Below, in pieces: positions 38,900-55,527 of a stretch of DNA of 64,000 nt. Position 1 is the stretch's first letter, and every line of letters starts with the position of its first letter. The notes beneath the pieces are model-generated. The model saw only the letters and a list, made by a program, of their open reading frames with translations, had not been told where the DNA came from and did not search any database. The translations under genes and the position numbers were made by a program. Source of the stretch: Octopus sinensis (lineage: Eukaryota); assembly GCF_006345805.1 (NCBI RefSeq), contig NC_043013.1, forward strand, positions 38,936,001-39,000,000, in the 5' to 3' direction.

Positions 38900-39125
38900 A
38901 AAATATAGAAAACATTTTTGAAAAAAATGTACTTGTCGCCAGACTATCTCTCAAACTCTGTCTCACTTTTCGACAACAACGACTATGCTGACCAGTTTTT
39001 ACTCCTGAAGATAATGCAAGAGTACAAAATGATGATGCGATGACGATGCAATACTTGCAATATTATGGTTTCTAGCAAGTCAAGAGAAAATTGCGAGAAA
39101 TCAAAAATTACTTATTTTGCCCCGC
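38900..39125 (+). repeat. Unclassified dispersed repeat shared with 10250-10450
   Basis: caacgactaNgctga..atacaaaaNgatga..gcaatacttgcaat..gagaaaNcaNaaattactNattttgccc is found at both loci. Confidence 0.65.
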
Positions 39126-41489
39126 TAACTAAACTTGCATGATTTCCGTGTGTCTGGAAAAAGTGATAGTAATGGAAGGCGGAAATAGGTCAGTTAGAAA
39201 TGACTTCCGAGGTGCGGAAAATGGAGGTGGCATCGGATATACAACGGGAATGGTAAACAATAACTGATTCTTCTGCATGTGCGCGTGGGGGGGGGCGTAT
39301 GTGTGTGGGGGGGTGTATTTGTATGTGTGTTTATATGTTTCTTTAGTTCTCGTGGTTATGTATGATGTTTTTGTACACGGCAGCGTAACTCTGTATTTGT
39401 GAGTGTGTGCATGTTAGTTCGCGTGAGTATGAATATGTGTGTGTGTGTGTGCATGTCAGTGTTACTCTGGCCGTGAGTGTGCGTGCGTGTGCGTTTGTGT
39501 GTATGTGCATGTGTGTGTGTCTGTGTGTGTGTGTGTGTGAGTGAGTGTCTGTGTGTGTGTCAGTTCATGTACATGTTTATGATGTATTAGCGTACGTGTG
39601 CGTCTATACGTGCCCAGGATTGGCATTAGATAAAATCTGGTCTTTTATGAATGCATTAGGGAGCGAACAGATCCGTTTTAAAGAAGAGCCTTTGTCCTTG
39701 AGGCTTGAAGCACTCCGTCGGTTACGACGACGAGGGTTCCGGTTGATCCGAACAACGGAACAGCCTGCTCGTGAAATTAACGTGCAAGTGGCTGAGCACT
39801 CCACAGACACGTGTACCCTTAACGTAGTTCTCGGGGATATTCAGCGTGACACAGAGAGTGACAAGGCTGACCCTTTGAAATACAAGTACAACAGAAACAG
39901 GAAGTAAGAGTGAGAGAAAGTTGTGGTGAAAGAGTACAGCAGGGATCACCACCATCCCCTGCCGGAGCCTCGTGGAGCTTTAGGTGTTTTCGCTCAATAA
40001 ACACTCACAACGCCCGGTCTGGGAATCGAAACCGCGATCCAATGACCGCGAGTCCGCTGCCCTAACCACTGGGCCATTGCGCCTCCTTGAGGCTATCTAT
40101 TACGAGTTTGCTTTGAGAGTAACTTGGAGATTGGCGGCGGGAATGGCCTGGAGAATTGAGATGGAAAGCCAAGATAAGCTACTCGATGGAATCAGAAGGG
40201 CGCTTTCGGGAATGGTCTACCAATTATCGGACAGTTTCACCCATTTACTGTGCAGTATATATTTGGTATTTAACGCTAGAGGAAATGTGGACTTCGGGAT
40301 TCATATGGTTATGGCGAAAATAAAAGCGAAATTTTTAGGATGCGTGTGACATGAGGCAAAAGAACGGAGAAGGTACAGGTTTTAGTGGTGTTTAAAAGAG
40401 GGGTGAAGCATCAGAAAAAATAGGAGCGATAGAAGGGCCAAATTCAGTAAAATCAGTTAATATAAATGCCAATCCAATTAATAGAGTTATGGGGTGTAAG
40501 GTGGTGAGCAAAAGAATTTATATGGTGAAGTTGAAGGGTTAGAATCCGATCGATCTCTGGAATCAAGTTTGGATCGCATCGATGGTAAGTTGGTTAATTC
40601 GTACGAGTTTACCTCGTTACTGGTTACTGGCATTTCATTGGATTCAGTCTTGACTACAGAGACGGTGGAGTCGGGGTGAAGTGCTAGAAAGAGATATTGG
40701 ATTTAATGTGAATGACGTGGATGCAGGAAGATTAAGAGGGTTCGTAACAAGCGGTGAAAATTATCGACTAAAGTGGCGACATGCCACAGGATTATGGATT
40801 TGTCGGTGACGGTGGAATAAATTGACAAAGGAGGTGAAAGGGGTGAGCAGCTTGAAGTTGAGTGAGATAGCACCGGTATAATGACAGCATAGCTCAGGAG
40901 TGGATCAACTGTTGAAAAAGGTGAAGATATAGGTCTCAAGAGACAAACAATTAGACGCGAGCTGGACGTTAACCTGGCCTGTAATTATAATTATTTAAAC
41001 TATCAAGCTTTCTTAATTCTAGAACATGTTGTCAAATATGTCACATGCCGTCGGGTGATCTATAATTTTGTTTCTGATAAAGCATTAAATCGTATAGCAT
41101 TAAGTAAATACAAACAAGATAGGTTTCACAGTGTCTTCTTGGATACCGAAATTTCGTCTCTGACGAAGAAAATATGTATCAAAAGTTCTTTTTTCTCTTG
41201 TTTGCTGTGAGAAATTTACACCGTCCCTTATCATCGTCATCGTCGTCATCATCGTCATTTTTTTTGTCTTACTCATTACGAATAACTAAGACAAAATAAA
41301 ATATTGGCTTCAAATCGTGGCACAAGGCCAGCAAGTTGGGATGAGGAGAAGGAGGGGGAGGAGGAAGAAGAAGAAGAAGAAGAAGAAGAAGAAGAAGAGG
41401 AGGAGGGGGAGGAGGATGAGGAGGATGAGGAAGAAGAAGAAGAAGAAGAAGAAGAAGAAGAAGAAGAAGAAGAAAAGGAGGAAGGGGAG

Positions 41490-41854
41490 GAGGAAATCGA
41501 TTACATCGACCCCGGTGATCAACTGGTAATTATTTTAAAGGGCCGCCGAAAGGATGAAAGGCGAAGCCAACTTCGGCGGAATTTGAACTCGGAACGAAAA
41601 GGTGGGCGAAATGCTACTAAGTATTTTTACCCGGCTTGCTAACGATTCAACCAGAATCGATAGCATGCCGGACAGCACGTTTTGCGGTACTTAGTCTGTT
41701 TTTACGCTCTGAGTTCAAAATCTGCCGAGCTCGACTTTGCTTTTTATTCTTTCGGGATCAAGTTGTGCACTGGGGTAGATTCAGTCGACTAACCCTCTTC
41801 CCTAAAACGTTTCAGGCCTTGTGCCCCTAATATAAATTATCATTATTATTATTA

Positions 41855-41905
<51 letters not shown>

Positions 41906-42119
41906 AGGCGGCCAGCTGGCAGAAACGTTAGCGCGCAGGGCGAAATGCTTTGCAGTTTTTCGTCTGTCTTTACGTGCTGTGTTCAAATTCCGCCGAGGTC
42001 GACTTTGCCTCTCAGGGTAGATAAATTAAGTATCAGTTGTGTACTGGGGTCGATCTAATCGACTGGCCCCCTCCCCCAAAATTTCGGGCCTTGTGCCTAG
42101 AGTAGAAAAGATCATTATT

Positions 42120-42182
<63 letters not shown>

Positions 42183-42582
42183 TATGGTGGCGAGCTGGCA
42201 GAATCGTTAGCACGCTGGGCGAAATGCTTAGCGGTATTTCGTCTGCCGCTACGTTCTGAGTTCAAATTCCGCCGAGGTCGACTTCGCTTTTCATCCTTTC
42301 GGGGTCGATTAAATAAGTACCAGTTACGCACTGGGGTCGATATAATCGACTTAATCCGTTTGTCTGTCGTTGTTTGTCCTCTCTGTGCTTAGGCTCTTGT
42401 GGGTAGTAATGAAATAGGTATTTCACCCGTTGCTACGTTCTGAGTTCAAATTCCACCGAGGTGGACTTTGCCTTTCATCCTTTCGGGACCGATAAATTAA
42501 ATACCAATGAAACACCGGTGTCGATGTAATCGACTTGTCCCCTTCCTAAAATTTCAGGTCTTTTGCCTATACTAGAAAGGAA

Positions 42583-42590
<8 letters not shown>
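41490..42590. mobile_element. Cluster of about 5 SINE family B copies interspersed with (ATT)n
   Basis: Same head and central domain at 41490(-), 41655, 41905, 42185 and 42420. Further copies lie at 993-1095, 44100-44530, 47371-47601(-), 48415-48812, 50330-50460(-) and 57830-57960(-). Confidence 0.88.
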
Positions 42591-42615
<25 letters not shown>

Positions 42616-43310
42616 CTGAATTGAACCGATGTGTTTTCAGACCGCCCTGTGAAACCTGAATTATTTCCACGATTTATTGAATAAACATTTTCTTTTACTT
42701 GTGGAGAGAGACGGATTATTTTGCAAAAAAAAAAAGGTGGTGGGATTTAAATAGGGGTGGATAAAGTTTGTCGTTTAAACACCTTCTGAAAATATTTTTT
42801 GATGTGTATGTGTGTTTATATTTATTTCAATATGGTTTCTTCTATTTGAGGAATAGGATAAAGTGCAAACAGCTACTTAGCACTGGTTACACCCTGCCCC
42901 ACAAACACGAAATCTAATTTTAAAAACAAAGTAATCGGTAAACATTCACAAAGAAACAAAGATACAAACACAAAAGCAACCATAACTTCAAACTGGAAGC
43001 GCAAATCTGAACGACATAAATAAAAGTACTAACAACAACAGCAACAACAACAACAACAACAACAGCAACAACAAGAACACTATACAACGCCTTTGCTATG
43101 CATAACAAATCAAAAAGAGGTTTTCAAACAAGGGTTGCCTTCAATATGAGTCGAGAGCACGGCAGCTGTACGTCGACATCCAACAGTGACGTCACTTCTT
43201 GCAAGGACGTCGCATTCTTCGACATCAGTCGTAGCGGTAGTAACACCGCCGCCACCATCACCACCAGCATCAAAAACACCAACCGCAATAGCAACAACAA
43301 CAGCATCAGT

Positions 43311-44050
43311 GGAGGCGCAATGGCCCAGTGGTTAGGGCAGCGGACTCGCGGTCGTAAGAACGCGGTTTCGATTCCCAGACCGGGCATTGTGAGTGTTTAT
43401 TGAGCAAAAATACCTAAGCTCCACGAGGCTCCGGCAGTGCTGGGGGTGGTGAACCCCGCTGTACTCTTTCCCCACAATTTTCTCTCACTCTTTCTTCCTA
43501 ATTCCGACACAAAGCAGAGGAACCATAGTGTAATCCACTATGGTGTGGTAAAACTTTCAGACCCTAGTCTAGATTGCGAATCCTCTGCACCCCAGGATGG
43601 TCCAGCTCTCCACCCGTTAAAAAGCCACCAAATGAGGATCACAACGTAGCTTTCGCGCCCGTGCAACCGCCGGTCTATCGCGTGCGGTGGGTGGATCATC
43701 AAGTTACCACATGCATTCTTAGTAGCTTAGAGTAGGCTCGAATTGGAGATTATTCTTTGTGGCTAATGGCGTGAGTCCGGGATTGGAAGAAGAAGAAGAA
43801 GAAGAAGAAGAAGAAGAAGAAGAAGAAGAAGAAGAAGAAGAAGAAGAGGAGGAGGAGGAGAAGAAGAAGAAGAAGAAGAAGAAGAAGAAGAGGAGGAGGA
43901 GGAGGAGGAGGAGGAGGAGGAGGAGGAGAGGAGAAGAAGAAGAAGAAGAAGAAGAAGAAGAAGAGGAGGAGGAGGAGGAGGAGGAGGAGGAGGAGGAGGA
44001 GAAGAAGAAGAAGAAGAAGAAGGAGGAGGAGGAGGAGGAGGAGGCGAAGA
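43311..44050 (+). mobile_element. SINE family C with a long 3' tail ending in (GAA/GAG)n; related copies at 21798-22100(+), 32105-32628(-), 32975-33306(-), 39706-40086(-) and 45385-45895(-)
   Basis: Head ggaggcgcaatggcccagtggttagggcagcggactcgcgg..ggtttcgattccc and body gagcgaaaacacctaaagctccacgaggctccggcag. Confidence 0.9.
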
Positions 44051-47000
44051 AGACAACAACAGCAATGACCAGAACAATAACGGTAACAGCAACAATTGTT
44101 CAAATTTCTAATATAGGCACAAACCAGAAATTTGAGGAGGGGTGGGACAGTTGGTTATATTGATTCTCAGTACTTTACTGGTACTTTATTTCATTGATCC
44201 CGGAAAATTGTAAGGCAAAGTTAACTTTAGTGAGATTTGGCCTCAGAACGTAAAGGTTTGTAATAACATAGAGCAAGCTATTTTATCCGAAGCTCTAACG
44301 ATTCAGCCGATCTACAGCCTTAACACTTCTGCAAATAATACCACGGCCAATAATAATCTTTAATTTTGGCATAAGGCCAGTAATAACGGGGGATAGGATA
44401 AGTCGATTACATTGACTCCAGTGCTTAGCTGGTGTTTCTTTTATCGACCCCGAAACGATGAATGGCAAAGTCAATCGAGGCGGAATTTGAACTCAGAACG
44501 TAAGGACGGACGAAATTCTGCTCTGTAGAACCGTCCCTTACAAAAAGTATTGTTTACTCCTGAAATGAACATCCTATGTGATTGAAGATTGCAGATTAGA
44601 TAGGAATTATTAAAAGAGCTTAAAAGAAAGATCGCTTACAAGTGCGTCGTCTCCAAATAACTCCGAGTGGTGTAAGACCTTGCACCATCACAGAACGAAA
44701 GATGAAACCAAAATGTACTGAGCAAACATAAAAAGAAAGACAGAGCGGCACAGATCATCCGCTATGTCACATAAATGAGAAATTGAAGTGGATCTCTAAA
44801 ATCACATGTAAGTAATATAAAGGCAACAGAAATGGAGCAACATTGATCACTCTGTTAGAGTGGCTCGCGGAGGATCCCCTCCCTGGATTTGAACCTACAA
44901 CAGCTGAAACTGGTTTCGAGGATCGAGACGAACTAATCAAAGGAATCCTTAGAACTACTGCTACTAACAAGACCTGCATGTCTTGCGAGAGTCCATGACC
45001 CAGTTTACTTCGAGAGCATAACAATGGAAGGTTGGAAACCAAAATGCTACAGTTATGGTAGCACAAATCACTTGATAATTTCCCGCTTTATAGTAAAGGT
45101 GGGGAAATGCTCCACCACTGTGCTGCATGAAGTCGTAATACAAATTTGCAATAGTAGCAGTTGCAACACGGGTTGCACTCTCACCACAAAATGTAACACC
45201 AGAAACAACAACAAAAGTTGGCATCAAGGCAGTGAGGTAGCTTCTATGTGGTCGCTCGATATTTTAGAAATAGCAACCAAATTTCTTCAAATCAGCCCCC
45301 CGATGTAGTGACTTTCATAAGTTTGTTGAATCAGGATTGATCTGGGAGTAAACGAAACAACAATAACTGTTGGTGTCACTGCTGTCTTCTTCTTCTTCTT
45401 CTTCTTCTTCTTCTTCCAATCCAGGACTGACGCCATTAGCCACAAAAAATAATCTCTAATTCGAGCCTACTCTAAGCTACTAAGAATGCGTGCGGTAACT
45501 TGACGATCCACCCACCACACGCGATAGACTGGCGGTTGCACGGGCACAAAAGCTACATTGTTGTCCTCATTCCGTAAACGGTGACTTTTAACGGGTGGAG
45601 AGCTGAACCATCCTGGGGTATAGAGGATTCGCAATCTAGACTAGGGTCTGAAAATTTACCACACCATAGTGGGTTACACCATGGTTCCTCTGCTTTGTGA
45701 TAGAAGTATGAAGAAAGAGTGAGAGAAAATTGTGGTGGAAGAGTACAACGGGGTATACCCCTCCCCCACCGCCGGAGCCTCTTGGGGCTTAGGTGTTTTT
45801 GCTCAATAAACACTCACAATGCCCGGTCTGGGAATCGAAACCGCGTTCTTACGGCCGCGAGTCCGCTGCCCTAACCACTGGACCATTGCGCCTCCACTGC
45901 TGCTACTGCCGTTGTCGTCGTTAATGATGTTATTGCTTTTGCTCATGTTGTTGTTGTTGTTAGTGGTAGTGGTGGTGGTGGTGGTGGTGGTGGTGGTGGC
46001 GGCGGCAGCGGCGGCGGCGGTGGTGGTGGTGGTGGTGGTGGTGGTGGTGGTGGTGGTGGTGGTGGTGGTGGTGGTGGTGGTGGTGGTGTATCTTCTGTTG
46101 TTGCTGTTGTAGCTGGCATTGTTGTTCTTATTGCTAGCGTTATTTTTGTTGCTGTTGATGATGTTACTGTTCATCTTGTTGCTGCTGCTGCTGCTGCTGC
46201 TGTTCTTGTTATTGTTATTGATGCTGTTGTTGCTGCTGCTGCTATTCTTGTTATTACTGGCGTTGTTTTCGTTGTTGCTGTTGCTGTTGATGCTGTAAAT
46301 CGTTGCTACTACTACTACTACTACCACTAGTTATTCTGCTTGTTGTTGTGGCTGTTATTGTTATTAATATTATTGTGGATGTTGTTGCTGTTGATGTTAT
46401 TGTTGTCGCTGTTATCTTTTTTGCAAGGTTAAAGGAAGAGGAAAAAATTATCAGTTTTAACCAAACACTTCCTGAGCTTAACTACTTCACATTTATTTCT
46501 AGCCTAAGTGGGAAACTCAAATGGCAGGACCCCAAGGATAGCAGCAACGTTGTAAGAGACCGGTGGATCTAATGTCACCACCAAGCAAAAGGATAATGGA
46601 CGAACTTCCGATTCCCCCACCCAACCAGCCCATCCGCCCATCTCACTCCACCCCTACGCACACATACACATGCACACCCAAATGGACTGGCACAAACATA
46701 CAAAGAACTCAAACACAAATAATTCAGACCCAGACTTGCACGGAGAGAGAACATATCAAAAACTTCGTGGCGATAGCAATCACCCATACTCCTTCTCGAA
46801 GACTATGAGGTGAAGCACATTTTTCAGTCAGTCCGGATCAAGAGGGTAGAAATGTTATCTTGGAAAGGTCTGGATCTCGAGGTTATATCGGCAATTTTCT
46901 TGAACCGAGATGGTGGGTAGTTGGGTCCCTGAATTGAAAAGCTGAAACGTTTGTACTTGGATTGGAGTAGGATGTTAGAATTTCTTTAGTTATCTGGAGT

Positions 47001-49796
47001 CAATCATAGGAATATCACACGTGTTAGTACAAGTGACCGACTGTAATGACATTTGGTGTACACTGGGTTTGTGTCGGTATAACCGATAGGAATGCATGTA
47101 AAAATTTTACAACCCAGGGCATTCCGACTGTCAAACAGATACCTAGTGGATTTCTAAGAGTTCCGGGTTATCTTGTAGACATGAACAAACCGCACCAAAC
47201 CAAGTACATAATATCTAGATTTGAACTTTTGTTTTGTCAGTAAATAACGATAGACCAACAGGTTATATAGGAAACTGATGAGAAAATTAGAAAAAGTAAT
47301 TTTAAAAACGCGTCGCGACTGACGTGCTAGCGGTACAAATGTCATTCTCCCATTTATTCTACATCAATTGTATATTTCTTTATTGCCCACAAGGAGCTAA
47401 ACATAGAGGGGACAAACAAGGACAGACAAACGGATTAAGTCGATTACATCGACCCCAGAGCGTAACTGGTACTTAATTTATCGACCCCGAAAGGATGAAA
47501 GGCAAAGTCGACCTCGGCGGAATTTGAACTCAGAACGTAACGGCAGACGAAATACGGCTACGCATTTCGCCCGGCGTGCTAACGTTTCCGCCAGCTCGCC
47601 CAATTGTAAAAGCTATGTCGTTAGAGCTAAAACATGTTTCCTTAGATATGAGGCAAGAAATCCATACAAGGGACCAAGGTGTCAGAGATACATTATGGAA
47701 ACAAAGACGCAATTAATCATTTGACAATTAAGGACGGACGCGTGCTGCTCTACTCCAGCAGGCAGGTGAGATTTTCCGGTAGCCTATTGACTAATCGTTT
47801 AGGGGTAACGATGGTGAACTGGAGACTGTGGACTTTCGTAGCTACTTTATGAGATGCTCTGACCCTCGGCAGAAAAAAATAGTGTTTAAAGCATGATCAC
47901 GGCAGCTGGAATACGGTTGATTGTGGGTCGTTATTCAATAGGAAATTGCTCAGTTTGGATAATCTGTTTTATGAACTATATCAATGCATGGCAGGTTTGT
48001 TCGTCTCTCAGCTGGCAGGTGCCTGTTGCTAGTGGCAGCGAACTAGAGATATTCCTAGCCGAGTTAACTAGAGGTCAGGTCACTGCTGTGGAAGACAATT
48101 ATTGGGCCATAATTCCGTTGAACGCAGAGTTTCAGACAAGGAGCCCTTAAGACAGTTTACATTTGTCGACGGTAGTGGTCAGGGAAACGTTGAAAGATCT
48201 ATGCCCGGCAGATCTATGACAACCTCTACCTCATACGATATATTGTATGAAACTAGGAAATAAGCCTGCCTTCGCTGGATCTCTGATTCACTTGGAACAA
48301 TCCAAAAATTTCAATAGAGACTACCATCAATCTTTTGACTGCTGTCCTCGATGGAGCTGATTTCGGTTGTTTTGAAAGGCAGAATCATTTCAGTGTACAG
48401 AAGCAGTGTACAGAGGCGGCGAGCTGGCAGAAACGTTAACACGCTGGGCGAAATGCGTAGCTGTATTTCGTCTGCCGCTACGTTCTGAGTTCAAATTGCC
48501 TTTCATCCTTTCGGGGTCGATTAAATAAGTACCAGTTACGCACTGGGGTCGATATAATCGACTTAATCCGTTTGTCTGTCGTTGTTTGTCCTCTCTGTGT
48601 TTAACCCTTTGTGGGTAGTAAAGAAATAGGTATATCGTCTGCCGTTACATTCTGAGTTCAAATTCCGCCGAGATCGACTTTGCCTTTCATCCTTTTGGGG
48701 TCGATTAAATAAGTACCAGTTACGCACTGGGGTCGATATAATCGACTTAATTCGTTTGCCTGTCCTTGTTTGTCCTCTCTGTGTTTAACCCCTTGTGGGC
48801 AATAAAGAAATAAGAAGCAATTGCTTAGTAGTCATATTAAATGGTCGCCAATCGAAACTTTCAAATTACACCCTCGTGCCGTCAATGCTGACATCTCGTT
48901 AGTCTTGTCGGCTTTCGATCCATTCTTACAGACGCTAAAGATGGTGAAGAGAATCCCGCCCTAACTGGGATGTGAAAAGGACGTGTTCTTATACACAGAG
49001 ACGTCACTGTTGTAGTGTCGGGCACAATGGAAGTCGACGTGGTTGGCACCATACAGAAAAAATACGAAGGCAGTAACAGAAGCGCGCATTAGAAAGAAAA
49101 TTCAATGGGCTTCTAACTAAGCTCTCATAGAAGCGAGTCTGCGATGGTCAGTGCTGTGGGTCATTAGAACAACGTTTGTTGGGTCGAGTTGAATCACTAG
49201 ACAAATAGAAAATAGACGAAATATGAGCACAGAGGTCAATTTTACTAAACATTTTGCTAAGAGAAAATGATCCATGAAAGTTTGGATAGAGATGAACAAC
49301 GCATACATCGCCTTTTTGTCTATTGTCTTGTTCCGGTTTTTATCGCACTAGATAAAGCTATTTTTCGCTTCTTAACGATGGAACTGAACCCGGAACCATT
49401 TGGTTGGTAAACAAACTACTTACTACGCAGCCACTCCTGCCCCTATAGCCACACCTGCGCATATATATAGGAGCACTCCGTCGGTTACGACGACGAGGGT
49501 CCCAGCTGATACGATCAACGGAACAGCTTGCTCGTGAAATTAGCGTGCAAGTGGCTGAGCACTCCACGGACACGTGTTCCCTTAACGAAGTTCTCAGGGA
49601 GATTCAGCTCGACACAGACCGTAACAAGGCCGGCCTTTTGAACTACAGGTACTTCTCATTTTTGCCAGCTGAGTGGACTGGAGTAACGTGGAATAAAGTG
49701 TCTTGCTCAAGGACGCAACGTGTTTCGGAGAATTGAACTCACAACTTTACGATCAGGAGCCGAATGTCCTAACCACTAAGTCACACGCCTTCACAT

Positions 49797-49839
<43 letters not shown>

Positions 49840-50959
49840 AGATAATGGCTGCTCGGAGACGGGGGAATGAAAGGTAAAACCAGTTTATAAATCAAGAAAA
49901 GTAAACGTGTGGCGACAGCAATGATGGTGGTGACGGTCGTAACGGTGATAGTGGACGGTAGGGTTAAAGTCATTGATATGCATAACAACATGGATCTGTA
50001 ATCATTATGTCAATGCTTCTGATACTAAAAGCAGTTGGAGTTGTACGTGCAATAAATTACTCTTTATTTCTATTTGTTCGAGTAATCAGTACGAGATATG
50101 CATTGAGGTTGTCTGATTCAGCTCGACATAGTCTCTTCCTTACATTTGTTTTGAACTTTTCATGACCATGATTTGAAATTACTAAGCATAAATTACCAAT
50201 GTAAGGCAAAAGGTGACTTGTTTAGGAAAAAAATACCTCTTGGTCAACACCGTTGCAATTTTCACTTCTATTTCACTAACCCTAACCCTATTTCACTTGA
50301 CTTCACTTTTGGGCATAAGGTCAGAAATTTTTGAGCGACGGATATAAGTCGATTACATCGATCCCTGTGCTCAGTTCAAGTTTAATTTATCGATCTCGAA
50401 AGGATGAAGCGCAAAGTTGACCTCGGCGTAGATTTAACACAGACTATAAGGAATCAGAAGAAATGCTGCCATACTTTCTGCAAGCGCGTCACTTAAGTGA
50501 TAGATATTGATAATGTAATCCATAAAATCCATTTTTCATCTTCCGTGAAATACGGAAAATTTGTGTACCTTGCCGAAAGAGATAGGAATGTTGTTGCATT
50601 GCCTAAATGAAAGTCATGTGGGCGAGAAGTCAAGAAATTCGACTCTGAAACATAAGATTGTCGGTTCCCTTCCTGGAATGAGCTATGCATAATATCCTTG
50701 AGCAAGGTACTTCGTTTCATGTTGCTCCAGTCTGCTCGTCTGAAAATAGGTGCAGTTTTCTTTCCTTCCATATCTCGTCAAGCCATAGTCTTTTGAGAAA
50801 GTTTGCGTTTGTCCTCAGCAGTAATCGAGAAGTCGCAGATATATGCCTTGTCAGATCAACCCAGGGAAGCCTCTACCTCATACGATTTATCATTGAGAGT
50901 TTGGGTAATAAACTTGCCTTCTCTACGGTTTCGATCCACTTAGATCTATCCAAACATTT

Positions 50960-52925
<1,966 letters not shown>

Positions 52926-53099
52926 AATACAAGTATAGGCGCAGGAGTGTCTGTGTGGTAAGTAGCTTGCTTACCAACCACATGGTCCCGGGTTCAGTCC
53001 CACTACGTGGCACCTTGATCAAGTGTCTTCTACTATAACCTCGGGCCGACCAAAGCCTTGCGAGTGGATTTGGTAGACGGAAACTGAAACAAGCCAGTC

Positions 53100-53154
<55 letters not shown>

Positions 53155-53289
53155 TGTGTGTGTGTGTGCGTGTTATTGTCTGTCTGTGTTTGTCCCCCCA
53201 CCATTGCTTTAAAATCGATCGAAGCTGGTGTGTTTACGTCCCCGTAACCAGCGGTTTAGCAAAAGAGACCGATAGAATAAGTACTAGAC

Positions 53290-54414
53290 AACAGTTGACG
53301 AAACTTCCAAAAACCAACAGTTTATTTTGTGTATAAACAATTTAAAGAAGAGGGAAAGATTGATAGAAAAGAACACAAGACTCGAAGTGTTTCCAAGTGC
53401 AAACCAAAGTTTCTCGCAGGTTCTCAAATGATTGAAGCCAAACCATCCACATCCATGACAACTTTTGTAAAGAAACGCAATGTGTCCCTTTCCACGATGT
53501 CCAGAGTCGTGAACAGGAACCTTGGCATGACTAGATATGTTCGACAACGCCGTCAACTCCAAACACGTAAAGCCAAAGCAATCAGAGCCGAGAGAAGTTC
53601 GAAGCTTTTGTCATTCATCAAGCATCAAGGTGCAGGAAAAGCTCTCGTGTGTGAGAGCGGGAAGAAGTTCACTGTGGACGCTGAGGTAAATAGCAGAAAT
53701 CCTCAAGTGATTGCATAAAACACTCCTGACGCCCCCACTGTGTTTGCGACTAAGAATCCTGCCTCTGTGATGGTATTTAGAGCCGTGGCGAGTGATGGTA
53801 TTTAGAGCCGTGGCGAGTGATGGAAGTGTCATAGCTCCACACTTCATTGAATCTGGCTTGAAGATCGGCACAAAGGAATATCTGGACATCCTAAAGAATT
53901 CTCTGTTACCTTGGATGGAGCAGCAGTTTGGGTTTGACAATGGGGTGCATATCTAGGATTCTGCACCATGCCATGGGTCAAAAGCAATATAGGGCCTCCT
54001 TAGTGAGAAGGTGCCATTTTTTGTGAGGTCCAATATCTAGCCCAGTAACAGCCCAGATTTCAATCTTCTCGATTACTTTTTAATGGGGCGTGCTTCAAGC
54101 AAGGACCACACTCGAGTGTCAACCGTTTGAAGACTTGCATCGTACGTGCGACACGCAAAATGAAAAAGCTGGAGATTGTAACAGACTGCCAAAAATTTCG
54201 CTCTCGTGTAGAGGCAGTAATTTCCCAAAAGGGCGACCTTATTCAGTAATAAATGTTTTTGCTGTAATAAATATTACATTAAATTTATATTTACATTATT
54301 TTATGTTGTAATAAATGTTACATTAAAATTATATCTGTCTTCTATGGTTACTTTAGTATTTACAACCAGTTTTATGCATCGTAAAAATTATCTCAATTTA
54401 TCTGCAAGACCCTG
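53290..54414 (+). mobile_element. Decayed maT/DD37D (Bmmar1-like) transposon
   Basis: D-SAPCH...PSNSPDFNLL-D spacing is 37 residues. The right TIR is the reverse complement of CAGGGTCTTGCAGATAAATTGAG, followed by TA. There is an internal 25-bp tandem duplication at about 53765-53815 and several stops. Confidence 0.88.
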
Positions 54415-54486
54415 TATATGCGTGAGTGTATGTGTGTATATATATATATACACACACACACACATATATATATATATGTATGTATG

Positions 54487-54538
<52 letters not shown>

Positions 54539-54891
54539 TATATATATATAATATATATATATATACAAAATGGAACAAGAACGCAAAACGTCCGGACAGC
54601 TAGGTGATACAAAAATGGGACAACAAAACATCCAGATAGACGATACAAAGAAAACAAGTATGGGCCATTCGAAGTTTTATTTCCTCAGTCAAGTACCAGA
54701 TCATCTTCGCAATTTCGGCTGGTTATACTTGAGATTGCTCCAATCTGGCCAGCCCCAAGGAAAAACTAAGCTAAGAGCATTGGATTCCTTGGAAGAAAGC
54801 AGCGAATGTATACAAAAACAAGGACGATAAAAAATAAACAATGTTACACAAATACAATAAAAATAACAGGACACACACATACATACATACA

Positions 54892-54922
<31 letters not shown>

Positions 54923-55479
54923 GTGTGTCCTAATGTTTTACAGGCTCTCCCGCGCCAGACGAACGGCAAAAGTGTTGAGCGTCAATCGAATACCACCACG
55001 AAGCACTTTTCCGACATTCTAAATATTCTATCATCTCGTCGTCCTTAACAAACGCCTTTGTTTGGTGATATTAAAAATAGCTAATATTAACTTTACCCAT
55101 TAATCTGAAGCGCAAACATGACACACAGAATGTGTAACTGCAGGTCAATGACTGATAAATGCTCTGTAAATCTAAGCTGTAACCAAATTATTTAACACTA
55201 AGAGAAAGACCGCGCTGTGGGCGGTATTCTGTTAGCCACTTGATACTAATTTCACATTTGATTCCAATTTCTAATAATTTATATATTTTACCTCTAATTA
55301 TTTCTTTGCATAATAGTGCTCACTTGGTTAGTAAATATTGCTTCTATTATTTTATCACAGCCATAATCTCTCTTTTTTAAACAAACATCAGAGTAGTCCA
55401 ACAGAGGGAGAAGTTTGTCAAGTTGTACTTTCCCTTCAAAGCAATATAGAGATTTCAATTCAGCAGCCCATCTGAGAGA

Positions 55480-55527
<48 letters not shown>

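Noticed and set aside
40400-40950. Possible LINE 3' remnant or exon (78-aa minus-strand ORF)
   Set aside because: No recognisable motif and no convincing splice sites.
46700-47000. Penelope GIY-YIG C-terminus (KFLICSLRASLGLN on the minus strand)
   Set aside because: The similarity is short and judged by eye, and the frames are broken. It needs an HMM search before it can be called.
54690-54770. Hammerhead on the minus strand (GGCTGG..CCAGCC-GAAA)
   Set aside because: Stem II and GAAA are present, but there is no CUGANGA-like core and no NUH site.
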